A stretch of DNA of 64,000 nucleotides. Source: Balanoglossus misakiensis (Eukaryota > Animalia > Hemichordata). The translations under genes and the position numbers were made by a program. The stretch covers positions 10,367,656 to 10,431,655 of the forward strand of contig CM082583.2 in NCBI GenBank assembly GCA_040954595.2, written 5' to 3'. The notes beneath the pieces were generated by a model. It searched no databases and had not been told where the DNA came from. It saw only the letters and a list, made by a program, of their open reading frames with translations. Positions 38,201-55,800 of the stretch are shown piece after piece (positions within the stretch are counted from its first letter, which is position 1; each line of letters starts with the position of its first letter).

Positions 38201-39558
38201 CGCCAAGTAGCTGTAGCTACTAAATCGAGTTCAAGGATCTTGGTCATTAGCAATGACTTTTCCAGAACAGCCATGAGTCTGTCTCGTGAATGTTCTGCCA
38301 GCAACGCACAGGAAATCAAATTACTCCACACGTAAGAACGTTAAAAGACACTCATAACTCATCCTTAAATCACCGTGAGGCAGTCACACAGTGATTAACT
38401 CTCGCTTTGACATCGATATTAATCAGTCTAGCAATGACAGCCTTGCATGCGATGGAATAGAGCGCAGACACGCAATGTATACAGTGTGCATTGATAATTA
38501 TTTGTTAGTAATGTTGTGGGGTATTGTGAGGCCAAACGACTCTGAAATCATCATTTGTAAAGGCCTGTTAGCAGCTAATTACAGTAAGCTTGGTCTTTGT
38601 GTTGAAATTTTGTACAAACAACAGTGGACAAAACATCGGTGGTGGTGTTCCACCTTTCGTTTTCTGACTCTGTATATTACAAGAAACACTGTCTATGACT
38701 GAACCAATATTGTCAGTTCACCAGTTCATATTTTTTGTCTCGATTATTATCAAGTAAAATCACGGTTACATGGAAAGATGTGGGTTGTTTTAGTTTTAAG
38801 AGATAAGGTTTACATTTTACAATCTGTGGCAGTGCGATGTTTAGCCAGAGAGGTTCTTTGTTTACTTAAAGAGATAAGCTTAATATCGACAGTCTGAACA
38901 ACAGCTGTCAACAATATATGAACTCCTGTATGGTAATTGGCAAATATCTATCTATTTGTCTGTCTGTCTCTCTGTCTGTCCATCTGTCTTTCTGCCTGCC
39001 TATCGTATATATGTGGGGCATTTAAATAGCTGAAATACTAGCCCCATTGTACTGTCTAAAAACGTGGTCCAATTAACCTACGACAAACATTTGCATTGGT
39101 AAAACATGTGGCATTGTTTGGGGCCGTGGTCTATGGTTCGACCATGAAGGTGGTTCGACTGTGAATGGCTTCATTTCTACCTGACCGTGAAATTTAAAGC
39201 CACAAACTCTGCAGAGAAGATACATACATGGTACGACTGCGTTACGTAATGCGCAAACTTCCCATGGAAGCCAATGACGTAGTCTTGCCTACTTTCGATG
39301 CATCCCCGGGGGATATACGTCTTGGTGTCGTGCAAATCGTCAACAAAATCTTAAATAAAGCCGCTATGTTAGCATTTATTGACGACCTCGATGAATCTTC
39401 CATGATAATAGCATGGAGTACTTACGGGGAATTTGGTCGTAAGGCGCAACATCCTCGTCTGATTTGGATTCCCCTTCTCTCCCCAACCCCGCTTCCGTCA
39501 AAGCAGCCTCCAGCTCAGCAAGGGCGTCCAGTTGCTCTGTAGTTGTCGTACTCGTCAT
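35223..39558 (-). other. Candidate further minus-strand coding exons (39558-39426, 39349-~39228, possibly 36553-~36466, 35340-35223); either the 5' end of gene B or a separate small gene
   Basis: ATG 39558 MTSTTTTEQLDALAELEAALTEAG...YDQIP ends at a GTAAGT donor. After a 76-nt intron a phase-compatible open exon follows (HFVDDLHDTKTYIPRGCIESRQDYVIGFHGKFAHYVTQSYH|gtatgt). Exon 35340-35223 is phase-compatible with an acceptor directly before 35069. The intermediate exons are not resolved. Confidence 0.4.
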
Positions 39559-42138
39559 TGTGACGTCGTCGCGTTGTAATGATACAAATCTAACCAAACT
39601 AAAACACGCATGTTATAAACACAGCAGACGACAATTTGCGTAGTCTAAGTGGTTTCTCGTGTCTTAGTGAACAAAGGCTGATATCAAATATACCTCCATA
39701 TAAGCTTACTGGGTGTTCTAAGTGTCGCAGTAGTACAGTGGTGACTTCGTTTTCTCCTCGTCTTCGTCTTTACCTGCAGTTTTCTGACATGCGATGATTG
39801 TAACTCAAACTCTCGAAAGCTGAAATAGCCAGTTTCTTAACGTCGCATGCTAATGAAGGGTGTCACCTCTGTATAAAGTGTGAACATCTCTCTGTCTTGT
39901 TATATAGTCGGTGTTGCCAGTGTTCCTCGTTTTACGACCGCGTCCCCAGTGATCAGTATCTCCCTTTCAACGACTGTGTCTCAGGTGATCTTGTATATGG
40001 CTGTTCGATTTCTCTAGTGTCTTGTACCGTTCCCAGTTTAACACACAGAATGTCTTGCTCACCGCACTGTTCAACGTGACATGTTAAACCATGGACTGTT
40101 TTTGTGCTATGATCTCTCTGATAGATGAGATCGGTGAACACATTCCGATGATACGCCGTTGGCAAGCGGTTGTGAGCCAAGCCTAGTACTCCATACACCG
40201 TGTCAGCGTCGGTTCGCTACGTATACACACCGCTACGTTTTAGGTCTGTGACAAACGACTGTCGTTAAAATTAAAGCAGACACGAACCGCGGAAACAATC
40301 ACCCACACATGAATAAGTTGACTCACGTCATATATCACAATGTAGAGGGTTCCCCAAGGAGGGACGATACCAATTTTGTGAATAGGGGTGGACGACTATC
40401 GCAAAATATAAACCCTCTAATGCGTATTCATGAGAACGTATTCTTAAGACCACCAATCTCAATTTAGAAGCTTTTAGAGTAATAGACGCCCTGATAATTT
40501 CGTTATTGAGAGCGAAGAAACTGTCATATAGCAATGCCATCCGTGGGTAATGAGGGTGACCCGCAACTCTTCGCGCTGCGTAAGCCCAGTAGCTCATTAG
40601 TGAGAGCACTGTTATGGTTGTAATGAACCGCGATGCGTGTAGTCAATTTCATTAGCGACCAGAACACTGATTTTGCGGTGCGTCATTAATAACATAAATG
40701 CATATGTTATCGATTTTAACACCACGTAAACCTGGCTGATTATATAATTCTCGGCTTAGTATCATAAAAATAGACAGCGCGAAACAACATATTGCCATAT
40801 GATGCAATGACGCCACAAATTATATTGTATATTTCATTTAATCTTGATAATAAATTTCTCTGTAATTTGTTGTATTATTTTTCACAGATTGAAAGTGATC
40901 AACTCCAAACCAGAATCACTTGACTTGAGGGCGCACTACAAGATTCTCACTTATTAGCACTGCGGGGGGGGGGGGGGCTTGGTGGGGCGTATCGAGGTAC
41001 CAGCACGATCAAAGGGCTTGCATACAGTTACATGCAAGTTAGAATCTGCATTATCGATGTAAAGATTTACATTTCCTTACAAACTCTTGGCTAATTACCG
41101 AGCCGTGCGGATTCTCTAAGGACCAATCAACCCCATACTGTTTGTTAATTACTCTGATCGAAACTGTCGATATACAGTTTGGATAACTGTACCAGCAGAA
41201 CACACAGTGTTACCTGTATATCATATATTCAAAGAATCCTGTTTTGATGGTTTGTTGTAGTTCATTGTCGGTATGTATGCGCAGCCTGTTTAATTTTGGT
41301 TGTAAATCACCCCAGAAACAACCAATCTAACAGGTGGTGCTTGTTCGCCGATTCTCATCAGAAGTTTGGTAATCGAGGCGATTATCCATGTCACATTTGC
41401 AATAAATCGTCTGGACAAGTATCGTTACCTGAAATAGCCCAGGCTATGCGATGACGACGTCATCAGACTGCAAAATAGTGTCCTTAGTCGTTTCCACAGC
41501 AACCGTAGTATCGAGGTGTCGCTGAGTAAAACCACATCCTTCAATGTGCAGCGAGTCGTTTCTGTAAAGTCGTACCTTCACGCCAACGCACGACCAGAAC
41601 CTCGGAGAATATTTCTTAAAAACAAATGAAGACTGTATTCCGTCGGCTCCGTTTGTAATTGTGCTCTTCTTGGCGTAAAAAACCTAAGTGACCAAACGCA
41701 ATAAGCAGTGTTGTTGAAGCAGGTGTCACTGAGTGGGTTCAATAACTGGTCAAATATTAACACTTATATTTGAGTACATCAACTCTCAGCTACCTATAAT
41801 AAGACTCGACATTTCAGAACGTGGCAGAGCAGAGATGAATATTGTTTTTCCTTGGTAAGCCATAAGATTCGCAATTATTGCACGTTTCTTTTCAACGAAG
41901 TGTGGGTTACATGGGCACCGTGAACTTAAGCCTGTACTCTACAGGGAGATCCCGAGTCGCCGTTTGACAAGATTCGTCTTCATTTTAATGTAGACTGACG
42001 AGGTGGACATAAAAACTGTGCAAAAGCTTCTACGATTCTGGACTGGGGGCTGAGATTGCGGACTACTTGAAGATTACACATTTGGTATTTATAATCTACT
42101 GTTTTCCATCATAACGTTGTGCCTTCGTCTTCTCCAAA

Positions 42139-43380
42139 ATGACTTGTGATATGAGTTACTGTTGCTATGTGGACAGGTCTATGAATATAAGCACCTGGAA
42201 TCTCGGAGAAGATTTCAAAAATGGCGAAAACTCGTCACGGTCATATCCAGAAGAAAGTGAGAACACTTTGATTGACATTTTGGTTTTACCGCGAGTTAGA
42301 ACTGCTTTCATAGCAGCATACATTGTCGTCATGGCACCAGCAATAGTCGGCAATGCTTCTGTGATTTTGGCAATATTGCGCTTCAAACATCTGCGAACAG
42401 CTACGAACATCTACATCTTGAACCTGGCCTTTTCCGACCTCCTTGTTGCGTCTATCGAATGTCCTTTGGTGATACTACAATTCATGGTATCAGGTGACGT
42501 TACGAGCAATATTTTCAACCCGTATCTCTGTACCGCCGCGTTCTTCATCGGTGGCTTGTTTGGGACAGTGTCGGTACTGACTTTGCTTTCTCTGAGTATC
42601 GAACGCTGGTGTTGCGTTTTTTACCCGATTCAGACGAGACTGTTCCGAACTCCATCAAGAGCACGAGCGATCCTGATGCTCATATGGGGTACGGCGCTGA
42701 CGCTGGCCTTTGGACGGTGCCTCTTATTCGGCTCCGTGAACACCGTCAGATGCATCACCTCCCAAGGCAACGTGTACCACATCACTTTCTGCCTCTCCAA
42801 AGTGGTTGACAACGACCCCGTGTATGCGCACGCTTTTACCATCAGCGTCTTCATCTTCGTCTACGCGTCAGCTTTATTCATCACCACCGCACTGTACATG
42901 AAAATCGCTCGTTATATCTGGGGGAGGTCGAGGCAGCCACTTTCGTCGGACGACAGACGGTACGACCTACACCGCCAAAATCTTGCCAAGGCAAACATCA
43001 TCAAGATGTTGGGTTGTGCCGTGGTGGCGTTCCTGTTCTGTTACTCCACTTATTTCTACGTACAGACTTATTACACATACTTCGGAGCATTTCCGAGGAA
43101 TGGATACGCTCTGATAGTTATCGCAACGTGGCTGGGCGGGCTCAACGCACTTATAAACCCAATTCTATATGCCACTTTCGTCAGAAACTGCCGGGAGTGT
43201 GTGCGACAGTTTTTCTGCTGTTGCTTCTCGCGGAGCCGGGCTGAGCAAGACAGACTCCGGCGGGCCAGTTTGTCATCTTCGGGTCGGGAAACAAAGCGTT
43301 CTAAAAGGTCGAAAACTATTTCATTTGGTGGTAACAATGCAGCACGATCCAAACACAGACCCAGATCAACCACAATTTAA
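42139..43380 (+). CDS. Rhodopsin-like (class A) GPCR, neuropeptide-receptor-like, uninterrupted CDS, 413 aa
   Basis: TM1 GN, HLRTATNIYILNLAFSDLL (TM2), TM3 Cys and SIERWCCVFYP (DRY position), TM4 Trp, NALINPILY (NPxxY), N-terminal N-x-S sequons, C-tail CCC and Ser/Arg-rich tail. Confidence 0.95.
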   Translation: MTCDMSYCCYVDRSMNISTWNLGEDFKNGENSSRSYPEESENTLIDILVLPRVRTAFIAAYIVVMAPAIVGNASVILAILRFKHLRTATNIYILNLAFSDLLVASIECPLVILQFMVSGDVTSNIFNPYLCTAAFFIGGLFGTVSVLTLLSLSIERWCCVFYPIQTRLFRTPSRARAILMLIWGTALTLAFGRCLLFGSVNTVRCITSQGNVYHITFCLSKVVDNDPVYAHAFTISVFIFVYASALFITTALYMKIARYIWGRSRQPLSSDDRRYDLHRQNLAKANIIKMLGCAVVAFLFCYSTYFYVQTYYTYFGAFPRNGYALIVIATWLGGLNALINPILYATFVRNCRECVRQFFCCCFSRSRAEQDRLRRASLSSSGRETKRSKRSKTISFGGNNAARSKHRPRSTTI

Positions 43381-44402
43381 TCACCGAAAGAAAAAGTAAG
43401 ATCCAAGCCAAAAGAGAATGAGCAGATCCAACCACCTTGTTGCATGGCAGTTCATCGATGGAGCATGTCTATCATGATCTATTAAAGGAGAACATCTTTG
43501 ATCCAGACCACAACTGAGAGACTGTGTCCAGACCTATACTAGGACCGGTAAATCGTCGTAAAGTACAATCTACGACCAAGAAAATTAAAACATGGGTCAT
43601 GTCAGTATCACCTGATCATTATTTGATCAGCCGGTTGGACGAGATTGCTGATCGTCCCAAGAAGGTAATCAACACTCTACCGTTGAAGGAAAACATCGCT
43701 TCAGCTGCCGATTTTCAAATACTGCGCACGAACAACTTGATCGGCGACAACACGTCCAGGTACCAGTCACCAAGTACACGTACGATAGAATTGGTCGTTG
43801 ATGGCGTACTCCTTCACTGTAAACCCGGCTTTCTGGTCGTGATTTCTTTGAACGAATTATGGTAGATTTTAAATGTACAGGATTAACAATAGTTTTCAAA
43901 AACGTCGTCTTTGTAATACATCATGTGTTGTTTGTTTTATCATTTTATTGCATCCAGATGATGTTACCGATTGTGGTTGTTGTCCATAATCCACTGCACA
44001 CAAAGGACATGCTACAAAACAGCCAAAAATTATATAGTTGCAAAAGTATGCGACATAATTAATATCCATTACATGTTTCACAAACATGTTTTTAAAAATG
44101 CGTGTGTGTACAATGACATCATTTGCACACATCAAATATTGATGCTGTACAGAAAAGAAATAAAAATGTGGTGCAACTTCACTGGGAGATGTAAATGAAC
44201 CCATTGTAAGCGCAAGAAAACATTTTTGTCCTTCAGCGTGTTCTAAAGTCTACAACCAAGCAATGCCCATCAAAAGAAATGCCTTGTTACATGTACTGGG
44301 TTCGAGAGCAGGAAACAGGGAGTAGTTAGTATGGATCAGATTGCAAAACACCACTTGGCTTCTTATTCTTCTTCCAGCAGTTCGACTTGAAACTTCATAA
44401 GT

Positions 44403-49486
<5,084 letters not shown>

Positions 49487-49864
49487 GGTTGATTATACTG
49501 TCTGCCACCTTTTGCATGCAATACATAGACACAGCCCTACAAGAGCGCCCTCCGCACCACGTGTTCATTTATTTTATTCAGCCCATCAATAAAATTTAGC
49601 ACGTTTTGTGAGTTTTCTACGACGTTTCATGTTCACAGGTGTCAAGTTATGTACACGTGATGTTTTAATTTCCAATGTTTTACGACAGGAATCTATAGTA
49701 ATAGATTGAAGTACAGGCACCAGCTTCTCACGCCGTAGTGATGAAAATATTGTGAGTTAGGGGGCTTCAAACATTGAGAAAATAGGATGGCATCAGCGGC
49801 TGCAGTGTGACCGGTAAAGTGTGTGGTGTTTTTCTTCCAACTAAGCCCCTTTAAAGAGAGCAGA
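49487..49864. promoter_or_regulatory. Bidirectional promoter shared by ALDH7A1 and INTS3
   Basis: Start codons diverge only 378 bp apart. The interval retains CpG and has two CACGTG E-boxes (49558-49563, 49654-49659). Confidence 0.8.
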
Positions 49865-52800
49865 ATGGACGACAAGACCGAAAAATCAAAACTGTTCAAC
49901 ACGAGTGCCCTTGATCCAAAAGATGAGATCGAAGAGGTAGGTTTTGGCGACCAATTTCCCCACCACCAATGGCACGAGACATCGAGCTAGCCAGCCCAGG
50001 GTTGTAATGTAATGTTGTGTGAGGGCAGTATTTGTATACCATGGAAGATGCAACACTAACTTGCATCCTTGTATTTAATTTTAATTTTATGATATATTGC
50101 AGGGGTCCAAAATAAAAATTGAGGTTATATTATAGTATAGTAGTTGTCTACCTTCTCTATGTTTTTTTTTCTTTTCTTTCTTCTGTACTAAACAACAATA
50201 TCACTGCTGTGAGCTGAGCATCTACTATGATCTGGTATATTTTTTCCATTTTCCAGCGCATGGAAAGATCATATGGAATCCTGACAGAGTTGACATCTGG
50301 CTTGTCAGAAAGGGAAATTCATGATGCCTTGAATGCACATGTAAGTTCTGGTCCAATTATTTGTACTTCTTTTTGTTTTGGAACCCAACTTTTTGTTAGA
50401 AATTTGAGTACTGGAGCAGAACATTAAATTAATTGAAAATAAGATTATGAAATATGAAATATTTTTAATACAGGTATGCAAAGGAATGGCACAGCATGAA
50501 GAGATCACACTTGGTTTGGTGTACAGTATCATGGTAGAGCCTTCATCTGCCACCAAGGTAAATCAGTACAGTTGCATATGGCGTGGTGATTATTTTTCCT
50601 GGCCTGTCATGTGAGTAATTCCCACAAAGAGGAGAATTCATCCTTTCACAAATTAACTTTAGCTACAATTGTTTTTATGCAGAGTTACAGGGACTTGGCT
50701 CTGATAACAAGAGATGGCCTTCAACTGGTAATAATGAAGCTGAATGAAGTTATTCTTGGAAAATACCTGAAAATACACGAGAAAGCATCACCACAGGTAA
50801 GTCTGTTGCATCAGAAACAAGGGTCTGTAGCTTCCACGGTAACGAACTATGAATCGTGTGGTGAGATGGTATACATCGTTTTAAATCTTGCTCTCAAGCA
50901 ACTCTGTTATTCTTGTTGTACAGTTTGTGTGGATCGTGAGGGAATTGGTGAAGAATTCTGTGGTTGGAGCAGACACTGTGTGTGCCTCACTTCTTAGACA
51001 GATTGCAGGTATGGTAGTAAATCAGCGTATTTGTAAATCAAAGTAATGGGGTATTGTTGTGATATACCTTTTCATCCTTGGTGGACTCAGTTATTGACCT
51101 TTCCTGGCCAGAAGTGAAGTTACCATTGTACCACTTCTTTCACCTGTAGGTGGAGACATTTCACCCAAGAACATCTGGTTGGCTGAGAATATGCTAGATG
51201 TTTTAACTGATAACAGGTAAGTTCATACCAAATGTACAGTGTGGCCGGACAGAAGCTGTACATTTACAGAAGCTGTACATGTAAACGAAACTTTAAATGA
51301 AAACGGGACACTGAAATGTAGTGTTTTTCTCTTTGAAGGCAATGGCTAGACAAGCAGTCAGGTTTTATTCCCATTGTTGTGTACACTTACCTCCGTTTAA
51401 TAGAGGATCATAGTGGACAGCTTCTGGCCAATCTGAGACAAAGAGAAGTGGAATTCTGTGTGTCATTAATCAGAGAAAAGGTAAGCAAGTTAGTTCTCAG
51501 ATATGCATTGAAAAATATGTATTGGTACAAAGGCAAAAGCATTGTGACTTTTACTTGTTTTGCAGTAGAATCCAAAATGGCTGCCAGTCACTCATTGGTT
51601 AATTCTGAAATACAGGTATATTGTAATGAAAGGTGATGTCTGCACTCTTGGTTAATTAAGTTTCTCTTTTGTGTCTTTTATTTCAGTTCATGGATTGTTT
51701 TATTATCGGTCGTGATTTGGTACGGCTGCTGCAGAATGTTGCTAGGATACCAGAATTTGAGAAATTATGGAAGGATATTCTTCATAATCCACAGACATTG
51801 AGTCCCCAATTCACAGGTATACAAAGGTTTTATCAAATGAAAATGTTAGAATTTATCAGAGCAAAACTTCTCTTCTTTCCCATCAAACTTCATAACTTAA
51901 TAACAGCACCATTTATTTTAAACATTGCATTTCAGGACTGCTTCAGTTACTTAACCAGAGAACATCCCGGAAATTTCTTCTTGGCCGCTTGACGCCAGAC
52001 ATGGAAGCTAAAATTGTGTTCCTCACATCCAAGGTAACCATGCTGGTATTTCTTATGCTCATTCTGCCCGTGTATACCATTTTATGTGTTAGAATCATTT
52101 GAATCACAGGGAATGGTTTGTTAATGTATTTGTACTTATCTATTTTATTTGAAATCACAGGTGAAATTTGGTCAGCAAAAACGGTACCAGGAGTGGTTTC
52201 AACGTCAGGTAAGATGCCTTTCATTCACAGTTTTCCCACATATCTGCCAGTGATAAAATTTCTTGTGATGTCGATTGTGAAAACTAGATTCAATGGATAT
52301 ACTGTTTTTCTCTATGTATGCTTATGATGTCTCAATATGGTGTACTGTCATTTCACAGTATTTATCAACACCTGAAAGCCAGTCACTGAGGTGTGACCTG
52401 ATCCGTTTCATCTGTGGTGTTATTCATCCATCCAATGAGGTCCTTTGTTCTGACATCATACCACGCTGGGCTGTGATTGGCTGGCTCCTCACGACATGCA
52501 CAGTAAGTGTCTTTTTCATTGGCTATCATATATAAGTGGGATATCCTAAGCGGAGAGATGTTTTCTTATTCTTGTACTTTATTTACAACCATTTTGTCCA
52601 TTTTGATGTATTCAAAAGTTACAGCTACTGTTTTCAGTGGAGAATTTTGACTTGCTGACAAACTTTATTGTCTTATCAACATGACTGTAATACTCTTCCT
52701 TTTAGTCCAATGTTGCTGCTTCAAGTGCAAAGTTGGCTCTCTTCTACGATTGGCTGTTTTATCAACCGTCAAAAGATAACATCATGAATATTGGTAAGTT

Positions 52801-55800
52801 ATGGCAGTGATCATGATTTCAAGTGTACTGCAGTGTGGTACCCATGGATGTTAAGATTACAAAGGACTCGACAAAAATTAACATGCATGGTTTTCTATTG
52901 AATATTTCAGAGCCTGCTATCTTAGTAATGCATCATTCAATGAGGTCACATCTAGCCATCACAGCTACACTGTTAGATTTCTTGTGCAGGGTAAGTCTTC
53001 TTAAATAGTTCATTTCACTTTCAAATTTCATGAGAGGCTTCAAATTTAATTGTCATTTTTGTGTTTATTTTCTCTGTAGATAATGTCCAACTTTTACCCA
53101 CAATTGGAGGCTCAAGTCCGACAGGGAATTAACACATCATTGAAATCTATTCTTGCCAAGAGAGTATTGCCGTAAGTCTTCCTTTCATGTTTAGGGCTAT
53201 TTCAACTGCAAATTTCCTTGAGTTTGGATACATAGCAACATGTTGCAACTGTTATATTACATAATACGTTCATGTACAGGATAATTTTGTGTCTTTTTAA
53301 TTTCAGGACCTTGCAGCCTTTGTTTGATAACAACAAATTAGACAAAGAACTTAGGGCAATGATAAGAGAAAATTTCACAGAGTTTTGTTCTCAAGAAGGT
53401 AAGATCAGTTCGTTTATTAAAACATCAATCTTAATGTCATTCCTGAATCACAGTGCCAAAATAAACAAAAGGATACCATATGTCTTGCTCATACATATAT
53501 CATGTATCTTCATCAAACCAACAAATATTGTGTTGATGATGCCATTCATTAGGTGTCAAAGTACCGGTAGAAGAGGTGCCTACCACTCCACCACCAGCAA
53601 CACCACCACCTCTTCCCACTGCTCCTCTTCCATCACCCGTAATTGAAAAAGAAGTGCCGGAATTTCCAGATATTGAACCAGCCAGTAAATTTGAGGAGGC
53701 AATGTTCAGTGATGAAGAAGACGATAACAATAAAGGTAACGATGAATGTTCAGTTTGTGAAATCATTTTCTGTCAGTGTGAGGACACAGAAGATAAGATT
53801 TTCATATTGTTGATTTTCAGGAAAGTTAAAATTACAAGAGTACATGTTCAGACCAATCCGTGATATGGAGGAAGTGGACCTGGAGCAGTGTATGGAACAA
53901 TTTTCAGATGAATTGAAAGAGGTTGCTAAGAAACTCTACAGTGAAAGGTCAGTTCAAGCTTGTAATTTCTGCTTGTCTTAAGAGCACAAGACAGACAATA
54001 AGTGAAACAATATCTCTACTGTAATGTTGCCTGGTTGATATAGAACATTCATAAAGCAAGATTTAGTACGAGTAGAAGAAGTTGAATAAAATGATGTATT
54101 TATGTAATCTCTCTCTGCAGAGAAGAAATTGATTCAGAAGCACAATGTGAAACCATGGAAGCATTATGCGAAACTCTTCTGGAAATGGTAAGTAAGCTTA
54201 TGATGAATATACATAATATATTTCCTGTCATCATTGATTTGCTTTGTAAATTCATGGACCAGCATATGTCTTGATGTTGTTGTTGTTCTTATCCACATTT
54301 CTCTGTGCAGGACGAATTTGATAGTGAGCAAGCGGCACCCTTGGCTGCATTTCTCTGTCAAATTTACAAAGACCATTTTTCAAGACAACTGCTGCCACTG
54401 GAACTAACTCAGGAGTAAGTTATCATAAATTTTGTCATCAATATCAAATGTGGCAGTCCTTTACCAAACTGTCTCTGCTTTGGTAGAATCTTTAAAATAG
54501 TTTATGGTATTTCCATTTTTTTTGTTTCACAGAAATCTTTCGGAATCCATTGGAAAACCCTTGTTTGTCATATTCAGGTAAATTGATTTGTGTGTTCTCT
54601 CTGTAAATATATATTTATATATTTATTTGTGATGCGACTCTGATATGCTTACACGAACTCCTGTGTTGCTGAAGTGGACCACAAAGAGGAGCAAAGTTTT
54701 CACTTGTTTTTGTTTTCTTTTTCAGGAATCTGTGCCAAAGCCCCGAGGAGGAGGCTTGTCCTATACAGTTGTTAACTCTAGTTTGTCACATGTATGAAAA
54801 ACACCCACAGATAGGATATCATCTCATCTATTTTCTTACTGTCAGGTGAGATACACTCCATAATGCAGCATGCTAATTTTTCACTTTAGCCAAAGAGTTG
54901 CAATTTCTTGTACATGGAATACTCCTATCTGTTTGTGAGTGTCATCAACACATGTGTGTTACTGAGAGACTGTCAATTGTTGCAAAGTGTCTGAGAGTGA
55001 CACACTATCTTGTATCTTGCATTGCAGTAGCAAAAGTGAAGAGAGCAAACTCTATGTCTACGAAGAAGTTTGTAAGAATACAGAATCAGGGACTTTGGAA
55101 GCCTGTCTCAAGAGTGATTTTCAGGTAAAGGCTTGGGTCTGTTTAATCATGTAATATTACTTTCTGACAAGTGTATTTGTTTATCTAACATGTAACATTG
55201 ACGGAAGACTATTTATGCTTTAGTTCATTGTTTATTTCATTTATATGTTACTTTCCTTTCAGACTTGTCAAGAAGATGATATCAGTTTGCTTTGTTACAT
55301 TATAACTCCAGTTTACATTCAGGTAATTAACTTTGCTATGTTGCTGTCAGTTCATTATGTTCTTCCAAGCTGTCTCTATTTGGAAATTGATCATAAAGTA
55401 TAAGTATGTCATTGTCTTTTAGTTTCCAGATGCAACACTCAGCAACACTGACCTACTGCATATTATTGCTTCATGTATAGATGCATCACAGGTAAGACTT
55501 TGATCTTGAATTTCATCACTGTCATGATTTTGCGATGGCTTGAACTTTTGCCGTTGGTGGCGCTAGTTTGCTCCAGCCATGTCATGAGATGTGAGTTCAA
55601 TTCACACTTTACTAATGCACACGTGCCATATTTTCGATTGTAACAGACTGTACCAGGAATCAAAAAGATATCAACTTGTGCATCCTGTATCTGTTGTTCA
55701 TTCAGCTTCTCTCCACTGCTTACATCTTGAATATTCTCTTCCCAGCTTCAAGATTTAATCTGTGAAATCATGCAGGGAAGTCTAGTCATGTTTAAAGAAG

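Noticed and set aside
40964-40978. Poly-G run upstream of the GPCR
   Set aside because: Simple homopolymer with no supporting context.
51249-51280. 17-bp tandem duplication (acagaagctgtacat) in an INTS3 intron
   Set aside because: Ordinary slippage duplication.
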